A DNA stretch of 64,000 bases from NCBI RefSeq assembly GCF_902652985.1, contig NC_047018.1, positions 45,074,001 to 45,138,000 of the forward strand, given 5' to 3'. Of this stretch, positions 12,345 through 24,903 are shown in pieces. The notes beneath the pieces are model-generated. The model searched no databases and was not told where the DNA came from. It saw nothing but the letters and a program-made list of their open reading frames with translations. A program made the position numbers and the translations under genes. Position 1 is the first letter of the stretch, and every line of letters begins with the position of its first letter. This DNA is from Pecten maximus (lineage: Eukaryota).

Positions 12345-13033
12345 AACGGTACCTTTTGGCACAAAGAAACATCATTTTTTGGCACAAAGAAACATCACTT
12401 TTTGGCTAAAAGAAACAGTACCTTTTGGCACAAAGAAACTGTACCTTTTGGCACAAAGAAACATTACTTTTTGGCACAAAGAAACATCACCTTTTGGCAC
12501 AAAGAAACATCACCTTTTGGCACAAAAAAAACATTACTTTTTGGCACAAAGAAACTGTACCTTTTTGGCACAAAGAAACATCACTTTTTGGCACAAAGAA
12601 ACATTAATTTTTGGCACAAAGAAACATTACTTTTTGGCACAAAGAAACTGTACCTCTTGACACAAAAAACAGTACCTTTTGGCACAAAGAAACATAACTT
12701 TTTGGCACAAAGACACATTAATTTTTGGCACAAAGAAACTGTACCTTTTGCCACAAAGAAACATAACTTTTTGGCACAAAGAAACTGTACCTTTTTGCAA
12801 AAGAAACTGTACTTTTTGGCACAAAGAAACATTACCTTTAGGCATTAAGAAACGGTATCGTTTGGAACCAAGAAAGCTTCCTTTTGGCACCAAGAAATAT
12901 TACCTTTTGGCACAAAAAAAACTAGCTTTTTGCACGAAGAAACGGTATTTTTGGCATCAAGAAAGCTACTTTGACACCAAAAAACATTACCTTTTGGCAT
13001 CAAGAAATGGTACATGTTGGCACCAAGAAACGG
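12345..13033 (+). repeat. ~23-bp minisatellite, ~30 copies
   Basis: Constant TTTTGGCACAAAGAAAC plus a short variable linker (ATCAC, TGTAC, ATTAC, ATTAA, ATAAC, AGTAC); decays at the 3' end. Explains the ORFs at 12264-13095. Confidence 0.96.
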
Positions 13034-13274
13034 ACGTATTGCTTCTTTTTCATTTTTCTAATAACGATGTGACTGTTATGTCGACATCGACATAAGACTT
13101 ATCATTCTTAAATGTCGATAGTACGAGATAAGCGGGATATCGCATTGTCCTAGCATCAAATAGATATAGTGACAACAAATTAACATCGCACATTTGAATT
13201 TGGTATTTTACATATAGATTGGCAATCAGGTTTTTTTTTGTTTTGTTTTTAGTAAAGAATTGCACAGCTTAAAT

Positions 13275-13490
13275 GAGCCGCGGTGATCGAGTGGTTAAGG
13301 TGTCCCGACACGTTAACACTAGCCCTCCACCTCTGGGTTGCGAGTTCGGAACCTTTGTGGGGCAGTTGCCAGGTACTGACCGTAGGCCGGTGTTTTTTCT
13401 CCGGGTACTCCGCCTTTCCTCCACCTCCAAACCTGGCACGTCCTTAAATGACCCTGGCTGTTAATAGGACGTTAAACAAAAACAAACCAA
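13275..13490 (+). mobile_element. Full-length tRNA-derived V-type SINE with perfect 13-bp TSD
   Basis: TSD GCACAGCTTAAAT at 13262-13274 and 13491-13503; tRNA-like head, V-like TTCTCCGGGTACTCCGCCTTTCCTCCAC, tail CGTCCTTAAATGACCCTGGCTGTTAATAGGACGTTAAAC. Confidence 0.95.
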
Positions 13491-13504
13491 GCACAGCTTA
13501 AATT

Positions 13505-13601
13505 AGATTATCTCCCCTAGTTGGAATCGGACATATCATGGGGTCTGTAAGCTTAAAGTACAATTTCGTTTATGATTTAATATTCTAGAGACGGGGGGAC
13601 C
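13505..13601 (+). repeat. Unclassified dispersed repeat, second copy at 44504-44609
   Basis: Shared AGATTATCTCCCC(C)TAGTT, GAATCRGACATATC and ATATTCTAGAG...GGGACC in the same order. Confidence 0.7.
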
Positions 13602-15729
13602 AGTCTATGATTCAAACCCAAAGGGGAATTTTTACCAAAAGGACAACAGGTAAATCAACTCTCGAGTATTTCATTTGAAATAAAGCTGGATTGTCGCTAA
13701 ATAGTATTATTTTCTGGTCAAACATTTTGAGTCGCTGCCAGATATATACATGATATCTGTTATTGCTACTCTGTTTGTTTATCTTGGCAATTTTCGTAAA
13801 TCTTATTAATAAAGAGCATCGTTAGTTGAGATCATATAATTATTTTCACTTAATATGTTATTTACGATTCGCTAATAGTTATACAAGTATTACGTATCCG
13901 GAATCTCAGTCCGATCTCTGTTTCTGTAATTAGTAAGTACTTTGCCAATTCATGTATGTTTTAATAGGAAAACACGGTCATACTGAAACGTACAATAACG
14001 AGATCTGATCGGCATTACTGGTTGTATCACATCACGCCAGAACATTCCTCGAGATGCTGTTATTTTACAATCCTTGTTCCTTGGGTATGTGAATACCATT
14101 ACAAAGTTCTGCATAGTAACGAATTCCCAAGGGGAAGTCGCTGTTTTCTGAAGGTCTATGAAGTCTCGCCAAATTACCAAATTACACAAGATGCTGACTT
14201 ATTTTCCGCCTGGAGCCGGTCCACACACAACATGCAGCGTATGTTTCACATAAAGCGTCATCCGCGTTGTTAGGGACATGAGTGAGGGAGGATGAAATTT
14301 ATTGTCCTTGCCATGTGGTATGTCGCTTGTGTTCTTGATAAAGAACCAATATACATCAACAATCATCTAATGACGGATTATCCCTAAATAGATCTGGCCC
14401 TAAAGAGGGCCGTAAATCCGTCAGGGATCCTTTGAGGAACCCACTAGGGTAGCTAAACGAAGCTGTGTAGTAGCTTGGCCTGTTAGCAGCTGTCACGGCA
14501 GAGTTTGAATCCATGGTCTTGGAACATTTGTGGTCCGTTTGGAGGTACGAATTCGACAGCGTTAACCGTATGATCGTGAGGAGAGGTTGCAAATCTTTTC
14601 AAAATCAGTGTTCAGATTACACTTTCTGGCGTTTTAATGTCGAAAAGGGGTTTGTTTTGACAGAAATATTGCAAAAGTCTTTTACTTATGTTAGAAGTTT
14701 ATTGCACTTTGTAATAAACATGTTCTTTTTTAAGGGTGAAAAACCCTGACCTTTCCTTTAGGATAGTCACACCATGAGAAATTATCTGCTATTGTATAAT
14801 GTTGTAGATTTCACATCGAATATTAACTTAAATGTCGTTATATTGTTGATTTCGGCGTGATCTTATTTTATAAAAATCAGTATGGAATTAATAGTTGACA
14901 TAATTTATCAGCGGCACATGTCAGTAAATGAATTTGTTATTAGTGTCTATTTTTCATACGATTCATCCTTTCCTATCACAATATATCAATATATGGCTGT
15001 ATTAAATCAAATCATAAAACAAATAGAGCTGATTAGTGGTAAAAGCATGCCATATTTCACCTGTATGACGTACAGGACCGGCAAAGAATTCAAAATTGGT
15101 TTAATTTGTGCATTCAGCTTTTTTTAATGTAACTTCCTAATTAGTTTACTTCCTCGTTACGGCCCGTCCGACTTCACAGCTGTATCGCCAACTTTCAGCC
15201 TGTTGTCATCAACTTTTGTTTGTCTGAATATACTTTTTTCGACCGATCTTTTGAAACAAGATATGCATGCATTACAATCATGATATGTAGAGTATTCTGG
15301 GGTATTTTCGACCTCTGCGCAAATTTACATTTATATCATCAACTTATTTATACAACTATTCATTTATCATTTACAATAAATACAAAAAATGATGTTTTTT
15401 TCTTTCTTTGATATTTAGGAGAAAGTTAACTAGATTTATATGATGATCGATGATTTCATTTGGTGATGCTTCCCAAATTATACGGATGAAAATTGTGATA
15501 AGTAAATATAGGTAAGAAGCATTATTTGAATTTTCATTATGTTCATATTCAAAATTAATCGTTAATATCATCTCATATTGAATCTTGAGAAAGAATTACC
15601 GACATTTGAATAGTAGCCTTTGTATAATGTTCCCGCTGAACGTTGTAGTCAAACATTGTCGTTTCCATGACAATATCAAACCTAAATCGATATTAAAAAC
15701 AAATCAATTTAAATGCAGAGAGCGATAAA

Positions 15730-15931
15730 CAGGGCCAGTTCCTTATTCCTTAATTCCTTAATTCATTATTCCTTAACGAAATTCCTTAACTTTAAATATT
15801 CCTTAGGAAAGCATTACAAAATTTCAAAAAAGTTCTTTAATGAAGATTTTTTTTACATAAATTCTGAAAATGGAAACTTTTAAGTTAAAGCATTTCCTTG
15901 AGTTGAGGAATATTGACGAAACCGGGCCCTG
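15730..15931. mobile_element. MITE with GGGCC termini (PIF/Harbinger-like)
   Basis: CAGGGCCAGTT...AACCGGGCCCTG ends, subterminal ATTCCTTAA repeats mirrored by TTGAGGAAT near the right end. Confidence 0.7.
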
Positions 15932-16113
15932 TTCGTGAAATATAAATCTTATTTCCTATAGAAAATGTATACAGCTGTACAAAAATATAATATACACTGT
16001 GATTGTTTATATATTTTGGCGTTCTTAACTTTTATCGCCCGATCATTTTTAAATGTTAATTTAACCAGTCTGACTAAGGTATTGATTCAGCACAATAGTA
16101 TGCAGAAAGTGCA

Positions 16114-16396
16114 GTTAGCGGAATGCTATTTTTAGCAGAATGCTATTTTAGCAGAATGCTATTGTAGCGGAATGCCATTTCAGCAGAATGTTATTTTGAC
16201 ATAGTGCTTTTGTAGCGGAATGCTATTTTAGCAGTGTTATTTTAGCGGAATGCTATTAGAGCAGAATTTTATTTTAACAGAGTTAGCGGAATGCTATTTT
16301 AGAGCAACGTTATTTTAGCAGAGTGCTATTTAAGTGGAATGCTATTTTAGCAGAGTACAATTTTAGCGGGGTGTTATTTTAGCGGAGTGTTATTTA
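16114..16396 (+). repeat. 16-bp minisatellite, ~17 copies
   Basis: Unit AGCRGAATGCTATTTT. Confidence 0.93.
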
Positions 16397-16487
16397 ACAC
16401 TTAAAGAGTACACTCGATTATCGGGCACACGACCGGAAGCTAAGCTGAAATATACAGACTCAGAAATATATCACAAAAACGTACGAA

Positions 16488-17646
16488 TATCTCTATTGAT
16501 TTGGGATATCTCTATTGATTTGGGTATCTCTATTGATTTGAGATATCTCTATTGATTTGGGTATCTCTATTGATATGGGATATCTCTATTGATATGGGAT
16601 ATCTCTATTGATATGGGATATCTCTATTGATATGGGATATCTCTATTGATTTGAGATATCTCTATTGATTTGGGTATCACTATTGATTTGAGATATCTCT
16701 ATTGATTTGGGATATCGCTATTGATTTGGGATATCTCTATTGATTTGGGATATCTCTATTGATTTGGGATATCTCTATTGATTTGAGATATCTCTATTGA
16801 TTTGTGTATCGCTATTGATTTGAGATATCTCTATTAATTTGAGATATCTCTATTGATTTGGGTATCTCTATTGATTTGAGATATATCTATTGATTTGAGA
16901 TATCTCTATTGATTTGAAATATATCTATTGATTTGAGATATCTCTATTGATTTGAGATATCTCTATTGATTTGGGATATCTCTATTGATTTGGGATATCT
17001 CTATTGATATGGGATATCTCTATTGATATGGGATATCTCTATTGATTTGAGATATCTCTATTGATTTGGGTATCACTATTGATTTGGGTATCTCTATTGA
17101 TTTGAGATATCTCTATTGATTTGGGATATCTCTATTGATTTGGGATATCTCTATTGATTTGGGATATCTCTATTGATTTGAGATATCGCTATTGATTTGG
17201 GATATCTCTATTGATTTGGGATATCTCTATTGATTTGGGATATTGCTATTGATTTGAGATATCTCTATTGATTTGAGATATCTCTGTTGATTTGGGAAAT
17301 CTCTATTGATTTGGGTATCTCTATTGATTTGAGATATATCTATTGATTTGAAATATCTCTATTGATTTGAGATATCTCTATTGATTTGGGATATCTCTAT
17401 TGATTTGGGATATCTCTATTGATTTGGGTATCTCTATTGATTTGAGATATCTCTATTGATTTGGGATATCTCTATTGATTTGGGATATCTCTATTGATTT
17501 GAGATATCTCTATTGATTTGAGATATCTCTATTGATTACGGATATCTCTATTGATTTGGGATATCTCTATTGATTTGGGATATCTCTATTGATTTGAGAT
17601 ATCACTATTGATTTGGGATATCTCTATTGATTTGGGATATCTCTAT
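16488..17646 (+). repeat. 19-bp minisatellite, ~60 copies
   Basis: Unit GATATCTCTATTGATTTGR with 18-bp variants; decayed units continue to ~17835. Confidence 0.97.
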
Positions 17647-17924
17647 AAAATCACGTGATATCTTATACACGTTCGAGATATCTCCATTTATCAGGAATAC
17701 ATGATATATCTAAATTTCTTGAAAATGTATTTCTACTTCATCTAAAGATATCCATTTGTATTAGATACATTTCTATTTCTTAAACGGTATCCCGATTTAA
17801 TTGATAAATAGCTTTATTTTTTTAGAGATATTTCAATTTCAAAATAAGCGGAGAACACAGACATGGAAACAAAAAAATCTTATTTCTAACTTAAAAATCG
17901 ATAAAACGAATGAAAAAAGCGAAG

Positions 17925-17980
17925 TCTGTTTGTTTGTTTAGGTTTTACGGCCCATCGACAGCCATGGTCATTTAGGACCA
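17925..17980 (-). mobile_element. Isolated SINE/LINE 3' tail fragment
   Basis: (GTTT)n then TTTTACGGCCCATCGACAGCCATGGTCATTTAGGAC, the reverse complement of the shared SINE tail. Confidence 0.6.
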
Positions 17981-18959
17981 AACAAAATAACATTAATTTA
18001 TTTCATTTGAATTTAAAAACAGATAAAAAAGACATTTTTTAAAAGATCCACATTGTATATTTAGATCAATATTATAAAAAAAGTCGGTTAAAATGATAAA
18101 AGATATATAACGAATAGATTAGGTGAACTATGTAAGAGAGTAAGGTAAAAGGACATCAAAGTCTATTGAATAGATCGGTTAATAAAACGAACAATAAATA
18201 CCATTGAGGAAGTACAAGGAGAGTAAGCCCAGGTGTTTCAATAGTTAAGCGTCTTCTGCTGCATAAAAATATTATCAACATTCCAATACATTGTGTATAT
18301 CGTTAACTTCTTCTTATATGTATTTGAGATAACTTGGATCACCATACGGACACGTTTAAGGAATTAATAACTTGTAAAAAAAAAATCAAACTTCGAAGAA
18401 ATCACAGATGTCGGAAATGATGCTGATATACAAAGACCATACATCAATGCAGGAAAAGAGTAGAGACTGCAGTCTTATTAAGAAGAAATTTACAGATCTT
18501 AAAATAATATAAATATAAACGGTTATATAAGAATCGTGACGGTAAATCTTCTATATGGAATATTTGTCCATGCTAATTAACAGTCTACGGATGTATCGAG
18601 CTTCTAATTCTTCTTGTCGGCGCTGGTTAATTGCAACGAGTAACACAGCCTACATTTATATTTCTGCTTTCCGCGATACCATTAAAATGTGACGTTTTGT
18701 CACAATTTGAGTGAAATATGTATTAATCTACGTTTATACGCAGTATTAAGGAAGACATCACGTCGTCATCCTAAATTGTTCTATAATGTAAAAAAGTAAT
18801 TTATTGGATCAAATCCCTGCTTTTGCAAAACCTTCGCTGGAATAATGAATTTGAAATGAATTTTCCATACCAGGATTTTGACATTTGGTCTCGTGAGACT
18901 AGCGCGGATTGAAATGATGGACAGTGCTACGCGCGGAATGTAAGAGTAGTTTATTGTTA

Positions 18960-19285
18960 TGAAAAATGAGAGTACATTTCATGTTGATTCTCAGAAATGT
19001 GCGAATATGGGAAAACAGTGTATGCTGATTCTATGATAATTGTGAGTACTTTGTATGTTGATTCCGCAAAAGGTGTGAGAACATTGAATGTTGATTCCGC
19101 AAAAGGTGTGAGAACATTGTATTTTGATTATTGATTCCATGATAGGTGTGAGTACATTATATGTTGATCCAACGAAAGGTGGGAGTACATAGTATGCTGA
19201 TTCCACGAAAAGAGGGATCACATTGTTAATTCTCACAGAGGTGGGAGTACAATGTTGATTCCACGATAGGTGTGGGAGTAGACTG
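18960..19285 (+). repeat. 33-bp degenerate minisatellite, ~9 copies
   Basis: Unit ATGTTGATTCCRCRAAAGGTGTGAGWACATTRW. Confidence 0.85.
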
Positions 19286-20052
19286 TTTGTAAATCATCAC
19301 CGGTGACGTGACCGAATAAAAATATTATCAGGAGATAATGGTAATGTCTCTAAACGATAATCGAGTAATTATACATACTTTTGACTACACACGTCAAGTT
19401 ATTATCTTATTGAACGCTCTCTAATGAAAACACAACTACTTCGCATCCATGCTCATTTGAAAGGGATATTCTAATAAACTATTTTCTAATCATAACTTCT
19501 TCGTTAAACAATGAGTAATGGGCGGTGAAAATGCTCCTATACGTCACTCAGATATATTGAGATCGATATAAACACAATCCAATAATCACTGATCACACGT
19601 TACCGAGTACTGGCAGTCCAACATCCACGATCCAACTAATACTATGTTCTATTTCAATCAGTTTTACATCTGCGATGTTGAAATAGACGCTGATTTATCG
19701 ATCGATGTTAATTTCTAGGCGGCGGAGGACAATAAATTGTCAATCATTTCAACGATGATATTGACATACTAATTTATGGTTCGACACATTTTCCCCTACT
19801 GATATGTCAAAAAACGGTTATTTTCTTGCCAAACACAACCTGCTACATTCCGATCGATTCCGTGTTGTGAGTGTCACTGTTACTCTCAGACGGCCTTGGT
19901 ACAGTTTATGAATAACACATTCCGGATTTCTAAGCCGTAAATGGCTGAAATTAGTATACAATTGTATGGCAGTCATATAAATGTCATTTGTAGTTAAACA
20001 TTTTTTTCTTTACAAAAATTAAATTTAGTTCATTAACCCTATTATTGTAGTT

Positions 20053-20200
20053 NNNNNNNNNNNNNNNNNNNNNNNNNNNNNNNNNNNNNNNNNNNNNNNN
20101 NNNNNNNNNNNNNNNNNNNNNNNNNNNNNNNNNNNNNNNNNNNNNNNNNNNNNNNNNNNNNNNNNNNNNNNNNNNNNNNNNNNNNNNNNNNNNNNNNNNN
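20053..20200. other. Assembly gap (148 N)
   Basis: Run of N. Confidence 1.
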
Positions 20201-20733
20201 ACAGACACTGAGGTACACATAGAGACACAGAGACAGACAAACGGAGAGACACAGAGACACAGAGACAGACAGACAGAGAGAGACATAGACTGAGAGACAG
20301 AGAGAAACGAAGACTGAGAGAAACACAGAAACAGGCAGACAGAGAGGGACACGGAGACCGAGAGACAGAGAGAAACAGTGAGACACAGAAACTGAGAGAG
20401 ACACAGAGACACTGAGACGCAGAAAAACAGAGACACGGAGACACAGTGACACAGAGAGACACAGAGACAGAGACGACACAGACACAGGAACTGAGATAGA
20501 CAGAGACACAAAGAGACAGAAAAACAGAGAGACAAAGACACAGAGACAAAGAGAGACACAGAGAGACACAGTGACACAGAGAGACACAGAGACTGAGAGA
20601 CACAGAGACTGATAGACACAGACTGAGAGACACATAGACTGAGAGACACATAGACTAAGAGACACAGAGAGACAAAGAGACTGAGAGACACAGAGAGACA
20701 AAGAGACTGAGAGACACAGAGACTGAGACAGAG
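20201..20733. repeat. Compound (GA)/(CA) microsatellite
   Basis: Mixed GAGACACAGAGA-type units abutting the gap; source of the S/L/C/V-rich minus-strand ORFs. Confidence 0.95.
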
Positions 20734-23700
20734 CGAAGGGACGCCAAGGCAACTTAAACTAGACACCGATACAAAAGGGAGATCAACGTTTCAAAACATA
20801 GAAAGTCCAGGAGACATAAATAATTCCGCCTGAAACCTTTAATATCGCACGTGATGATATTCCAATATACGGATAGTTTGTCATGGCATTGTATCTTGTT
20901 AAATGGAAGCATGTCAAAAATGTTATCAATAAAATGCAATTCGGCGATAAACCAGCGTTAATCTTAGTGTGTTGTTGTGTGTTTTTCTCTTCATAAGATC
21001 ATATGATCCATCACTGTAGTATAGGCGTTTGTTTATCAGCACATATCTCTTTCTCTAAGCAAACACTCCAATGAAGTAGAAGCGTTAAAAAAGTAGTTAC
21101 CTTGTGTCATACGCTTTTAAAAATATGTTACCTTGGTCCAGAATAAATAAAAACTAAATTCTCCGTATTACATGGCAAAATATCAAAAATTTGTTGATGG
21201 CGCTGAGTCAAATGTTTGATAGATCGTAATCGTCAAACATTTTTTTTTTTTTTTTCAAAAACGGTTGATGTCCAGTAATCTATTACAAGCAACAGCTGCT
21301 AAATTACTCATTTAATTTATATCTAAACACAATGATATTTTCATATTTTTTCAAATACAAAACACATTAAACAGTTGACAACTTGACAAATGTACAATTC
21401 ACGACTTGTAAAAAAATTTCACATTAAATCCAATTTTTTTTTTCATTTGGAATCAACGACCAGAACGTTTATATCAAACACACACGGGAATCCGTCATTA
21501 ATAGCTCGCATTTGAAAGACATAAATGATGATTAGGTTGACCCCGAGGGGTCAGTTCCTGTGGCGAGGACGGACAGGACCGGCTCCTACATTTGGTTACG
21601 ATAACGTGAATCGATAAAGTTTGTCTCAAGAAGGAACCTCATAGAAAGAAAGATGACAGGCGTTTGCCAACTTATGTCCATGATAGATGACTGGCGTTGG
21701 ATTTCGGTTATGATTTATTATTAGGAATATGAGTATAGACTATCTTCACATGATATACCATCATTCCTAGGTAAATAATTCAGATAAGCAAACTAGCGTT
21801 GATAGATTCATATGTGGTTTAAATGACAAGCGAATGTGGTCGGTTTAACGTATCTTGTCCGGTAGATCCTCTTATCCTACACAATCAACAACTAAGTCGT
21901 TGTATCTGTCATCCATCGCTAATGATTTAAGACAAACCAGACACCACAAAAAGACGTCGGATTTTGACATGTTTGCAAGCGAGCTCATCGCTAATGACTA
22001 ACGATTAATGAAATATCTGGAATGTGATGAATCCATTTTTGATTTGAAATTGTTGCTATCTTCTCCCTGGTTTGTTTAATCGCTTCAATATCTCGCAGAC
22101 ATTATGTTGACGTTTATAAATGAAGGACTGCAGAATTTGTGGTCATTCGGAAATTCTGGACTGGAAAGAAGGGATATTTCGAGCTCAAAAGATGGCTACT
22201 CCAGAAGGGAATGATGAGCATTAAAGATAAAGAATTTAATCTTGAATTTGGATAAATTCTAGAAATCAAATCCTCATGCACCAGAAAGCTACGTGAAGCT
22301 CCAAATTCAAACAAGCACAGACTATTTGTAGTTGTTATGTTGGTTGGTCAGTCAGCCGTTTATGTACCAGTCTCAATCCATGTTGAATACCAATATGTAA
22401 TATGAAAGTGTCCTCAAACGTAAAACCTAAAAATGATGGCTAGCCATTTGCTGTAGAGATGATTTCTAGATATTCTAAAAAAAAATCAGAAATAGATAGT
22501 TTTTGTGCCATTCTAAATTACACACTTGTAAATAAATCTAAAACATAATTTTGTAATAATGTAAAATTAAAATCTTCCAGTAGCAAACTTTCGAGCTTAA
22601 AGTCCTTTAAAGGAGACTTCAAAAAGGAATGAAGTATTAGGCCGGAAAGTTTGGAATAAGGTAACAGTTGGTATCAATGATATTCTTTGTTCCAAGCAGG
22701 AATATTTCAATAAGCACTTGTATCAATCATGATTTCTTTACCAAGAAATAAATGATAAAAAAAACAAGAACAAAAATTAATCTAATTGTACTTTTATTTT
22801 TCTTCCGATGAAAAAGTTATTTCTTTAACATGTTATTTTACAAAATAGCAGGTGAGCGGGTAAAGTTAGTCGTCCTTGTAATGGACATAATTTTTTGTTT
22901 CAACCGAACATGCAAAACCTCCCTCAGAGCGAATTGACAGGAAAGAGAAGTTATCATGAAACAGAAAATATATATTGTAAGAAAGTATAAATCAAAATAA
23001 ATAACAACATGTCAACGAAATCTTATTTCTAACCCAAAATCGATAGTATCAGTACAAACTATGAATATAGCAAAGATTTACATGGCGACCTTGATTTCGA
23101 TCAGGTGTTCAAGAGGGGAGAGCGTCTTCTGGTTAATTGACGACAACCGCAATAAAAAATCGAGATAAAATCCCGGTAATGTCACGTTTTCAAAAAGAGA
23201 ACCAGAGTATTGGCAATGGTACCAACAGGCATATCAATGACCATCGAACATGTCTAACCTCATAACAAACAAGGAAATAGAAAATAAATTACTTTAAAAC
23301 ATATAGCATGCTACGTTTCACACCAAGGTATAACACAATTATGTAAAAGGGTGGCAATTTAATTTGTAGAGTTAAGATATTTTTTTCGCTGACGTGGATA
23401 TAGCCCTGGAATTGTGTAGCATATCTGTTCTTGCGTACTGTAGGTAACCCTGACAACCTCTTCGCAGGTGGTCTCACACGCTCAGTGACACGTGCGTTAC
23501 GGTAATGGAGTCCCCGTGTGTCGATGAGAGAGAATGAGAGTGACTTTAAGTTACAATGTTAGCCTGTACTAACACGTAAATGTGACAGCCAAACGGTTAC
23601 CCAATCATAACCACAACCAAGTATACATAGATAAGTGTTTCTTGGTTTAGGGAGATAACCCCAGTGATTGGCAGTCCGCCCTGTTCACACGGAGTGATTC

Positions 23701-24747
23701 TGACGGGTTTCGCACTTTAAAGTGACAAAAGCCATACTTTAACACGTCTTATGAAGTTTAAAGCAAATAGTAACGGCGTTGTTTTCTCAAAATAAATGGT
23801 TAAAACACAAAAACAAAAAAAATTTGAAAAAAAAAATGGATTGGGCATTGGAATATAAATTCAGTAACAAAATTAATATAGGTATGTCGAATTATAAACA
23901 GATATGTACTTTATATGGCCTTCTAATAGAACTCGTCGGCGATGCTACGCTATGGTAGCGGCTAAAAGATATTTATTGTAGTTCTATATAAATATAAAAA
24001 TGTTAAATGGAAGATGCATTAAGCCCTTAATTTAATTGACTTGGTGAATATTTGATATCAGATGATTTATAAAGGACATGTTATATTCTGGACCAATGTC
24101 ACTGCTCATAGGGTGAACATGTGCCATGAAAGCATATTTTTTTCTAAGTATTGTTTTGTACAGGACCAACCCCCACCCCCTTCTAGAAGATGCGCTCACT
24201 CTTCCGGAACATCTCATCTTCGTACTTTTCAAGCGTTTCTTTGAAAGTTTTTTCGTGTTTTGCTTTTGTTGTATCGGTTTGGAGTTAGATTGACGGTTTT
24301 GTTTTAATATTGGTACAGTCTACTGTTTTTCTTGCAAAGCCATTTCTAACGTTATACAATACACAAATCAGTTTTCATCTCATTACATATAATTAGAGAT
24401 TGATATATTATGTAAGAAATACACAAACTCCTCAAGGTAATTGTCAAGATTCCAGAATTCCTGTCACCACATGTGGCACCATCGGACAGTCTGAGTTTGA
24501 GTGAACATTTATTCGCTATATGCAGATTTTTAATCTTGTACTTTTAATTCTTTTTTTTAAATCTGTTAGGGTCTTAAATGAATTTTCATTTCATTTGAGA
24601 TTTCATTTCATTAAATGAGTCTTCGAAGTTGTCATTTTTGCGAGTCTTGGCGAGCAACAATTTAAACTTCAAGGCGAGCTTCATGAAATATCATATGAAA
24701 CGAAAGACACTTTAAGTTACTCTTTATCATATAACTCAGAAACCTTA

Positions 24748-24903
24748 TGTAACCCTGGTAAAGTAGTCGTAATATGTCACTCGGCTACAGAGATCTTTTC
24801 TTTAGTTCGATCGGTTGAGCGTACGCCTGGTAAACCAGAGGTCCCGGGTTCGATCTCGGCAGAGGCAGTGACTTAAATTTAATTGATAATACGCTCTGTT
24901 ACA
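24748..24903 (+). mobile_element. Solo LTR containing a tRNA-like Pol III cassette (Helenus-type TRIM)
   Basis: Termini TGTAAC...GTTACA, perfect 4-bp TSD CTTA (24744-24747, 24904-24907), A-box-like TAGTTCGATCGGTTGAGC and B-box GGTTCGATCTC inside. Confidence 0.8.

Noticed and set aside
12264-13095. 194-aa and overlapping ORFs; CRISPR-like look
   Set aside because: ORFs are translations of a 23-bp repeat in several frames; linkers are 5-7 nt and reused, no cas genes, eukaryotic context.
19984-20766. 208-260-aa minus-strand ORFs
   Set aside because: Compound microsatellite read through an N gap.
24803-24870. Possible functional tRNA gene
   Set aside because: No proper acceptor stem or 7-nt anticodon loop; better explained as the tRNA-like part of a solo LTR.
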